A stretch of DNA of 64,000 nucleotides from Oscillospiraceae bacterium. Its GTDB lineage: Bacteria > Bacillota > Clostridia > Oscillospirales > Ruminococcaceae. Both the position numbers and the translations under genes were made by a program. The stretch is from contig DBFBLF010000014.1 in assembly GCA_048204295.1 (NCBI GenBank), positions 6,172 through 70,171 of the forward strand. The letters are read 5' to 3'. The notes beneath the pieces are model-generated. The model saw only the letters and a program-made list of their open reading frames with translations. It did no database searches and had not been told where the DNA came from. Shown here piece after piece: positions 57,216 through 64,000 of this stretch. The stretch's first letter is position 1, and each line of letters starts with the position of its first letter.

Positions 57216-58958
57216 ATGGAAAATGTAAACATCAAAATTAATGGAATTCCATTAAGCGTGCCGAAAAATTACACCATCCTTGAAGCTGCACGCGAAAATG
57301 GGTTTGAAATTCCTACTCTTTGCTATCTAAAAGATATCAACGCCATCGGTGCCTGCCGTATCTGTGTGGTTGAAGTCAAAGGCGCCAGAAGCCTGGTTGC
57401 CGCTTGTGTATACCCGGTTAACGAGGGGATGGAGGTTGTCACCAATTCTCCGGCTGTCCTGAAAGCCAGAAGGCTGACGCTGGAACTCATCCTTTCCACT
57501 CACGATAAAAAATGTCTGTCCTGCGTCCGCAGCGGAAGCTGTGAACTGCAGAAGCTCTGTAAAGAGTACGGTGTTGAGGATGAAAACTTCTTTGAGGGCG
57601 TGAACGAACGCGTTGAGATCGACATGTCCGCCCCCCATATGTACCGTGACAACAACAAATGTATCCTCTGCCGCCGTTGTGTTGCAGCCTGTGAAAAGCT
57701 CCAGAGTGTTTCGGTTATCGGGCCGATTGAGCGTGGCTTCAAGACCCACATCGGCAGCCCGTTTGAGGTTGAGCTGGATGCTACCTCCTGTGTTTCCTGC
57801 GGCCAATGTATTGTAGCCTGCCCGACCGGCGCCCTCTCTGAAAAAGACGACACCGATAAGGTCTGGGCCGCTCTTGCCGACCCGACTAAGCATGTTGTCG
57901 TCCAGACTGCGCCGTCTATCCGCGTCACCCTGGGTGAGGCGTTTGGCATGCCGGTCGGCTCCAACGTCAAAGGGAAAATGGTTGCGGCTCTCCGCCGCCT
58001 TGGCTTTGACAAGGTATTTGACACTGATTTCTCCGCCGACCTCACCATCATGGAAGAGGCGACTGAATTCCTGCACCGGGTTCAGAACGGGGGAACTCTT
58101 CCGCTGATCACTTCCTGTTCTCCGGGATGGGTCAAGTTCTGTGAATTCAACTATCCTGAAATGATTGATAACCTTTCCACCTGCAAATCGCCGCAGCAGA
58201 TGTTCGGCGCGGTTATTAAGACCTACTATGCGGAGAAGAATGGAATTGATCCGAAAGATATTGTCAGCGTCAGCATCATGCCCTGTACCGCGAAAAAATT
58301 CGAGGTTGGCCGCGATCACCAGGATGCTGCCGGCGTTGCCGACGTTGATATTGCCCTGACAACCAGGGAACTCGCCCGGATGATTGAGCGCGCGGGCATC
58401 ATGTTCACTCAGCTGCCGGATGAGGACTTTGACAATCCGCTTGGCGAGTCCACCGGCGCGGCCGTTATTTTCGGCGCAACCGGAGGCGTTATGGAAGCCG
58501 CTTTGAGAACCGCTGTTGAAAAACTCACCGGTGAAGAACTCAAAGCCCTTGACTTCACCGAGGTTCGTGGCACCGCGGGCATTAAAGAGGCTACCTACAA
58601 TGTCGCTGGTATGGATGTCAACGTTGCGGTTGCCTCCGGCCTTGCAAACGCGAGAGCCCTTCTGGAAGACGTTAAGGCCGGCAGAAAGAATTATCACTTT
58701 ATTGAAATCATGGCCTGCCCGGGCGGCTGCGTCAACGGCGGCGGCCAGCCGACCCAGCCCGCCAGCGTCCGCAATTTCGTGGATCTGAGAGCGGAGCGCG
58801 CCAAGGCGATCTATGAAGAGGATAAAAACCTGCCTATCCGGAAGTCGCACGAAAATCCGATGATTAAAAAGATCTATGATGAGTATTTTGACGAGCCCGG
58901 AAGCCACAAGGCGCATCATATTCTCCACACCCAGTATGTGGACCGCAAAAACGGCTAA
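57216..58958 (+). CDS. hydA: [FeFe] hydrogenase catalytic subunit (group A, multimeric type)
   Basis: N-terminal 2Fe-2S and multiple 4Fe-4S motifs. H-cluster motifs TSCSPGW (variant), MPCTAKKFE and EIMACPGGCVNGGGQP. Confidence 0.9.
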   Translation: MENVNIKINGIPLSVPKNYTILEAARENGFEIPTLCYLKDINAIGACRICVVEVKGARSLVAACVYPVNEGMEVVTNSPAVLKARRLTLELILSTHDKKCLSCVRSGSCELQKLCKEYGVEDENFFEGVNERVEIDMSAPHMYRDNNKCILCRRCVAACEKLQSVSVIGPIERGFKTHIGSPFEVELDATSCVSCGQCIVACPTGALSEKDDTDKVWAALADPTKHVVVQTAPSIRVTLGEAFGMPVGSNVKGKMVAALRRLGFDKVFDTDFSADLTIMEEATEFLHRVQNGGTLPLITSCSPGWVKFCEFNYPEMIDNLSTCKSPQQMFGAVIKTYYAEKNGIDPKDIVSVSIMPCTAKKFEVGRDHQDAAGVADVDIALTTRELARMIERAGIMFTQLPDEDFDNPLGESTGAAVIFGATGGVMEAALRTAVEKLTGEELKALDFTEVRGTAGIKEATYNVAGMDVNVAVASGLANARALLEDVKAGRKNYHFIEIMACPGGCVNGGGQPTQPASVRNFVDLRAERAKAIYEEDKNLPIRKSHENPMIKKIYDEYFDEPGSHKAHHILHTQYVDRKNG

Positions 58959-58964
58959 AGTATC

Positions 58965-58997
58965 AAAATCCCCCGGATGATTTCGGGGGATTTTTTT
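58965..58997 (+). terminator. intrinsic terminator after hydA
   Basis: aaaatcccccg / gatgattt / cgggggattttttt. Confidence 0.85.
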
Positions 58998-59146
58998 GCG
59001 CATTTTTCATAAAGATTGCCGCAAAATTTGCGGTAAAAGCTGTCGTTTTCTATTTACATTTCGTTCATACTATAGTAAAATATAAAACGGTTGCGGGCCG
59101 TTTTGTCTTGCAGTCTGCTATAAAGTTTATTAAAAGGAGAACTGAT

Positions 59147-60484
59147 ATGGACCTTATTTACAACATTAAGGACAGGCCAAAATTTTTGCAAGTTGTATTA
59201 TTTGCTATCCAGCAGTTGCTTGCAATCATGGCAGCAACGATTGCGGTTCCCAACGCTGTTAATGCAGCTACCGGCGCTGAACTTCCTCCAGCGGCTGCGC
59301 TGCTTGGTGCCGGCGTTGGTACGATTGTTTATTTGCTTTTCACCAAAAGTTCCAGCCCTGTTTTTCTTGGCAGCTCGTTTGCGTTCATCCCCTCAATGAT
59401 CTCTGCGATTGCCGGAGCGGCATCCATGACCGTTGGTTATGTAGGCCTTATTATTGGTGCCGCCATGGCAGGCCTTGTGTATGTTATTATTGCCATAGTT
59501 GTTAAGTTCTGCGGAGTTAAGTGGGTCGGCAAGCTTATGCCCCCTGTCATCATTGGCCCAACAGTTGCAACTATTGGACTTTCTCTCGCAGGAAGCGCTG
59601 TCAGCAGTTTGACAAGTTCCGGCACCGAGAACGGCAGTGTCTATGTTTCCCTTATCTGCGGTCTTGTTACCCTTGCTGTAACAATGCTTTGCTCTACTTA
59701 CAGCAAAAAAATCGGCAGATTGATCCCTTTTATTATCGGTATTCTCGCCGGTTATGCTCTTGCTACCATATTTTATTTCATTGGGACTGCAACCGGTAAC
59801 ACATCCCTTATTGTGATTGATTACAGCGCATTTGAGGCTTGTAAGGTCTTTGAACTGCCGAACTTTACTTTCATGCTTGGAAAAGATGGATTTTCTCAAA
59901 TTTCCGGTTCTTATCTTATCGCACTCTTCGCTGCGTATGTTCCTGTAGCATTCGTCGTATTTGCCGAACACCTTGCCGATCACAAGAATCTCTCCACCAT
60001 TGTCGACGTAGATCTTTTGGAAAAACCCGGTCTTTGCCGGACGCTTCTCGGTGATGGCATCGGTTCCATTGTTGGAGCATTTTTCGGTGGTTGTCCGAAC
60101 ACTACATATGGGGAGTCTATCGCATGTGTGGCAATCACACGCAATGCCTCCACCGTCAGTATTTGGGCCGCTGCTGCTGCCTGCATCATTTTCTCCTTTA
60201 TTGGCCCCCTCGTAGCATTTCTTGAGACGATCCCCGCATGTGTCATGGGAGGCGTTTGTTTCGCTCTTTACGGCTTCATTTCTGTATCCGGCCTTAAAAT
60301 GCTCCAGAAGGTCGACCTCAACGAAAACCGAAACCTTTTTGTTGCCTCCATTATCCTTGTTGCAGGCGTTGGCAATATGTCTATATCGTTCGGTCAGGTG
60401 GAAATTCGAACAACTGCCTGTGCACTCATCCTTGGTATCCTTGCGAATGTTATGCTTTCCAGAAAAGAAAAGAGGGACAAATAA
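59147..60484 (+). CDS. NCS2 family nucleobase (uracil/xanthine) permease
   Basis: About 445 aa, polytopic (FLQVVLFAIQQLLAIMAATIAVP...). AAGGAG SD before ATG 59147. Confidence 0.85.
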   Translation: MDLIYNIKDRPKFLQVVLFAIQQLLAIMAATIAVPNAVNAATGAELPPAAALLGAGVGTIVYLLFTKSSSPVFLGSSFAFIPSMISAIAGAASMTVGYVGLIIGAAMAGLVYVIIAIVVKFCGVKWVGKLMPPVIIGPTVATIGLSLAGSAVSSLTSSGTENGSVYVSLICGLVTLAVTMLCSTYSKKIGRLIPFIIGILAGYALATIFYFIGTATGNTSLIVIDYSAFEACKVFELPNFTFMLGKDGFSQISGSYLIALFAAYVPVAFVVFAEHLADHKNLSTIVDVDLLEKPGLCRTLLGDGIGSIVGAFFGGCPNTTYGESIACVAITRNASTVSIWAAAAACIIFSFIGPLVAFLETIPACVMGGVCFALYGFISVSGLKMLQKVDLNENRNLFVASIILVAGVGNMSISFGQVEIRTTACALILGILANVMLSRKEKRDK

Positions 60485-60773
60485 AGCATCTGTCAAAGCT
60501 TTAAAGAATTTAGGATTGAAGAATTCTATTATTGCTGCCGCCTTGTTGACAACAGGGACGCCTTGACTCACGGTGAAAGCGCCGTCCTTTACCGGCGCCC
60601 TTACAAACAAGGCTTTGCCAAAGGATGTGTAGTCCCCCCGGATGAATAAATTATTCCGGTTTGCATATACCAATATCATTCGGTATCTCCTGGTTGACAA
60701 AAGCCGTTTTTTTCGGTAAGATAAAAGAAATGGATGTCCTCAAATCAGGTTTGATTCGAATGGAGGAGTAGTT

Positions 60774-60911
60774 ATGGAAAGCGAGAAAAACAATAAATTA
60801 AGCATTATCTCTCTTTTGCTCGGAGTAGCTGCTGTAGCCTCCACCTTGGCATATTTGTTGTACAGGCTACATAGCAACCGTTTGCATGAAGAAAAATGGC
60901 GCGATTATGAG
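60774..60911 (+). CDS. possible 45-aa single-TM micro-protein
   Basis: MESEKNNKLSIISLLLGVAAVASTLAYLLYRLHSNRLHEEKWPRL. GGAGGAG SD at 6 nt. A terminator lies 28 nt downstream. Confidence 0.35.
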
Positions 60912-60938
60912 GATTGCGGCATTTAAACGGATGAATGA

Positions 60939-60985
60939 AAAGCCCCTGCTGCGGTGTAAAACACCACAGCAGGGGCTTTGTTTTA
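60939..60985. terminator. intrinsic terminator (usable by the micro-ORF and by convergent prmA)
   Basis: aaagcccctgctg...cagcaggggctttgtttt. Confidence 0.75.
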
Positions 60986-61053
60986 TATCTAAACGGCTCA
61001 TTAGAATATACAAAAAGTAATAAAATTACAAAATAATACCAAATAACATTTCG

Positions 61054-62016
61054 TTATCTTTCAAGGGAACACTTTAACGCAACCCAGCCGTTGTCCTCTT
61101 TTATAACATCGGCCTTAAAACCGTTTGCCCTGACGGCGGCTAAAACATCCTCTTTGCGGGTGTCAATAATGCCGGAGGTAATGAAGCTCCCGCCGGGCTT
61201 TAAAAACTGTGGGACGTCCGGGCAGAGCCGGATGATCACATCTGCCACAATGTTCGCACAGATGACGTCGTATCTGCCGGATACCTTGTCAGTAAGATCA
61301 CCTACATAAGTCGTCAGCCGTTCTTCCACCCCGTTGAGAGCAGCGTTTTCCAGCGCAATTTTTGCGGCGAGTTCGTCGATATCAACGCCGACCGCTTTTT
61401 GTGCGCCGAGCAGCAGGGAAGCGACGGCAAGGATCCCGCTGCCGCAGCCGATATCAAGCATAAGATCATCCGGCTTTACCGTATCCTGCAAAAATTCCAG
61501 GCAAAGTTTGGTGCTGGAATGGGTTCCGGTTCCAAAGGCCATACCCGGGTCAAGCAGCAGTTTGATACGTCCGGCAGAATCTGTTTCCTCATCTTCCCAG
61601 GAGGGGACAATCAACAGCTTATTTCCAATAGGGGTAGGATGATAATACTGTTTCCAGACGGTGGACCAGTCCTCTTCGCGGACAGTATCACGTTCCAAAA
61701 CAAGCCGCCCTAAGTCAACGCCCTCGCAGAGGGAAGGAAGGGTTCTGAGACCGCTTTGGATGGCAAGAAAAGTTTCTTTTCCCTGCGCATTATCGGGCAG
61801 GTAAAATGTAATGCTGGTTTCACCGCTTTTGAGGGCCATCAGCTCTTCATCCACATAATCCCAGTGGATTTCAGTGTCGTTCAGGAAATTCTCAAAGTCC
61901 TGCGAATCTTTAATCTCAACGCCGCCAACGCCTTGTTCAATTAGAAACGCGCTGACAATCTCAATTCCCTGCGTTGTGGTGTACAGGGTGGTTTTGCTCC
62001 AGCTGTCGGCAGTCAT
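61054..62016 (-). CDS. prmA: ribosomal protein L11 methyltransferase
   Basis: 320 aa with the SAM motif DIGCGSGILA and a PrmA N-terminal domain. Confidence 0.9.
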   Translation of the reverse strand: MTADSWSKTTLYTTTQGIEIVSAFLIEQGVGGVEIKDSQDFENFLNDTEIHWDYVDEELMALKSGETSITFYLPDNAQGKETFLAIQSGLRTLPSLCEGVDLGRLVLERDTVREEDWSTVWKQYYHPTPIGNKLLIVPSWEDEETDSAGRIKLLLDPGMAFGTGTHSSTKLCLEFLQDTVKPDDLMLDIGCGSGILAVASLLLGAQKAVGVDIDELAAKIALENAALNGVEERLTTYVGDLTDKVSGRYDVICANIVADVIIRLCPDVPQFLKPGGSFITSGIIDTRKEDVLAAVRANGFKADVIKEDNGWVALKCSLER

Positions 62017-62031
62017 ATCTATTCAGGCCTC

Positions 62032-63126
62032 CTATACGTTAAAGCGGAACAGGACAATATCCCCGTCCTGCATGACATAGTCCTTGCCCTCAAGCCGGAC
62101 AAGGCCTTTTTCTTTGGCGGCTGTCATAGAACCGCAGGCCATTAGGTCGTCAAAGGAAACCACTTCGGCGCGGATAAAACCGCGCTCAAAGTCGGTGTGA
62201 ATTTTGCCGGCCGCCTGAGGGGCCTTGGTGCCTTTGGTAATGGTCCAGGCGCGGACCTCCGGCTGGCCGGCGGTCAAGTAGGAGATGAGTCCAAGAAGGG
62301 CATACCCTTCGGTGATAATTCTGTCAAGACCCGACTGGGTGAGGTGGAGCTCTTCCAAAAACATCGCCTTATCCTCTGCAGACATGTCGGCAATTTCTTC
62401 CTCTATCTTCGCGCAGATCGGCAGAACAGCGGAATGCTCCTCAACGGCAATTTGTTTGACTTCCTGATAAAAAACGTTATTCTCAATCCCGCTAACGAAA
62501 TCGTCCTCGCACATGTTCGCGGCGTAGATGACCGGCATATTGGAAAGTAGAGCGATTGTTTTGACAATCTCTTTCTGCTCCGGCGTGTAGTCAAAAGAGC
62601 GGGCGCTTTTCCCCTCTTCCAGGTGGGCGCGGAGATCCTCCAGAAAGTCGAGCTCCGCCTGGTATTTTTTATCCGCCTTAACCATCTTGCGGGTTTTGTC
62701 AATCCGGCGGTCCAAGATTTCAATGTCAGAGAAAATCAGTTCAAGATTGATGGTTTCAATGTCACGTTTTGGGCCGATTTCACCGTCCACATGGATAATA
62801 TCCGGGTCTTCAAAACACCGGACGACATGGACAATGGCGTCGACCTCCCGGATGTTGGACAAAAACTTGTTTCCAAGCCCTTCGCCTTTCGAAGCGCCTT
62901 TCACCAGACCGGCAATGTCTACAAACTCTAAGGTGGCCGGGGTAAATTTATCGGGGTGGTACATCTCTGCAAGGGCGTCAAGCCGCTTGTCGGGAACCGA
63001 TACCACGCCGACATTCGGTTCAATGGTGCAGAACGGATAGTTCGCGGATTCCGCGCCCGCGTTGGTTAAAGCGTTGAAGAGGGTGCTTTTGCCGACGTTC
63101 GGCAGCCCCACCATACCCAGTTTCAT
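62032..63126 (-). CDS. ychF: redox-regulated ATPase YchF
   Basis: 364 aa (GMVGLPNVGKSTLFNALT, C-terminal TGS-like domain). Confidence 0.95.
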   Translation of the reverse strand: MKLGMVGLPNVGKSTLFNALTNAGAESANYPFCTIEPNVGVVSVPDKRLDALAEMYHPDKFTPATLEFVDIAGLVKGASKGEGLGNKFLSNIREVDAIVHVVRCFEDPDIIHVDGEIGPKRDIETINLELIFSDIEILDRRIDKTRKMVKADKKYQAELDFLEDLRAHLEEGKSARSFDYTPEQKEIVKTIALLSNMPVIYAANMCEDDFVSGIENNVFYQEVKQIAVEEHSAVLPICAKIEEEIADMSAEDKAMFLEELHLTQSGLDRIITEGYALLGLISYLTAGQPEVRAWTITKGTKAPQAAGKIHTDFERGFIRAEVVSFDDLMACGSMTAAKEKGLVRLEGKDYVMQDGDIVLFRFNV

Positions 63127-63155
63127 AATTGTTGTCTCCTATCTTTACCGGCGCG

Positions 63156-64000
63156 TCAATAAACAACAGCGCCGTATTTATATGCAATTTTTTCCAACAC
63201 CTCGCGGTCGAGTTCGCTGCGCGAATCAACCATCGCCCGCCCGCTGTAGAGGAGCAGGGCGGTTTTCAGCGCCAGTTCGTCGCTGGAAAGAAAGCTGACC
63301 GGCAGCTCGGCCATATGGTCGTTTTCCGCAAAAGAAACCGCTTCATCCGGGGTTTCCACTTCTACCGAAATAATGTCGTAGCTGTCGTCCTCAATCTCCA
63401 TAAATTCGTCGGTCATATCGCCGGCGGGGTGAAGGGTTGGAGAGAACTCAAGCATGTCCAAATCGTAGCAAAAAACTTCGTGAACGCTGGTCAGCACTAA
63501 ATCACGGGAATGGTGAGCCGGCCGGACTGCGTTAAAATCGAAAGAATCCATTGCTTTCCGCAGTGCGGCAAGATGCTCCGGCGTAGTGCCGCAGCACCCG
63601 CCTGCAATCGTGACGCCGCGCTCAAACAGCGGGATGAATTCCGCCGCGAATTCTTTAGGAGAAAGGGAAAAGCCGGGGGAATCCTGTAAAACCGGCATCG
63701 AAGCGGCCGGTTTGGCAATCAAGGGGATTTTCGCAAACGAAGCGAGCTCTTCAAAAATCGGCGCCATCTGGGCCGGGGACAGGGAGCAGTTCAGGCCAAA
63801 CGCGCTTACCCCAAGCTCCTGCAAAACAACCAGGCAGGCGAGGGCGGAGGTGCCGGAGGCAGTCAGGCCGTCTTCGTCCACCGTCACACAGGCGAGAATG
63901 GGCAGCTGTTGTTTCCGGCAGGCCAGAACGGCGGCACGGATGTCGGTCAGGGACGACATGGTCTCGATTGCAAAATAATCGACGCCCGCGGTTTTTAGGA
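63156..64000 (-). CDS. homocysteine S-methyltransferase-domain protein (MetH N-terminal-like), 5' end beyond the window
   Basis: The frame stays open to base 64000 (..LKTAGVDYFAIETMSSLTD..). Zinc-site motif GGCCGTTPEH. Confidence 0.75.
   Translation of the reverse strand, partial: LKTAGVDYFAIETMSSLTDIRAAVLACRKQQLPILACVTVDEDGLTASGTSALACLVVLQELGVSAFGLNCSLSPAQMAPIFEELASFAKIPLIAKPAASMPVLQDSPGFSLSPKEFAAEFIPLFERGVTIAGGCCGTTPEHLAALRKAMDSFDFNAVRPAHHSRDLVLTSVHEVFCYDLDMLEFSPTLHPAGDMTDEFMEIEDDSYDIISVEVETPDEAVSFAENDHMAELPVSFLSSDELALKTALLLYSGRAMVDSRSELDREVLEKIAYKYGAVVY

Noticed and set aside
59000-59146. Possible purine riboswitch or PyrR attenuator upstream of the nucleobase permease.
   Set aside because: The leader is about 90-100 nt. 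It lacks the conserved purine-riboswitch loops and junction and lacks the PyrR binding loop (ARUCCAGAGAGG). I found only a plausible promoter (TTTACA-17 nt-TAAAAT) and a small ccgcaaaatttgcgg hairpin.

Overview
Chromosomal core region of a roughly 50-55% GC, Gram-positive-type anaerobe. GGAGG Shine-Dalgarno sites, gene order and protein families suggest Clostridia, possibly Oscillospiraceae/Ruminococcaceae-like (inference only). Left to right: (1) alaS 3' end, HIT, a phosphoribosyltransferase, comEC, holA, a toprim protein, then an MBOAT-DHHW-DUF3048 surface O-acylation trio. (2) A minus-strand aroE-aroK-LURP-like unit. (3) A fatty-acid synthesis cluster, fabH-fabG-fabF-accB-fabZ-accC-accD-accA-acpP. 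(4) A DUF134-Mrp/NBP35-NifX-like operon behind a consensus promoter carrying twin palindromes. (5) A small XRE regulator and an archaeal-type proS. (6) The complete S10-spc-alpha ribosomal protein cluster, rpsJ to rplQ, including secY, adk, map, a KOW protein, infA, the untracked 37-aa rpmJ and rpoA. (7) A small accessory carbohydrate/transport patch: GH63-like hydrolase, zinc-ribbon membrane protein, azlCD, Zn-ADH, GH39, GNAT and an aldo/keto reductase. (8) A membrane pyrophosphatase. (9) An electron-bifurcating-type [FeFe] hydrogenase operon (hydC, GHKL ATPase, 2Fe-2S ferredoxin, hydB, hydA), transcribed divergently from a five-gene putative H2-sensing module built around a PAS-less HydS-like protein. 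(10) A nucleobase permease, prmA, ychF and a partial homocysteine S-methyltransferase-domain gene. I found no rRNA, tRNA, CRISPR array, transposase/integrase or obvious defence island. The items most worth follow-up are the HydS-like sensory module, the twin-palindrome promoter of the Cys-rich DUF134 operon, a TSCSP variant in the HydA L1 motif, a ComEC with a degenerate metallo-beta-lactamase domain, and a probable AUU-initiated gene. All calls rest on reading the translations and the DNA by eye. No database search or folding calculation was run.
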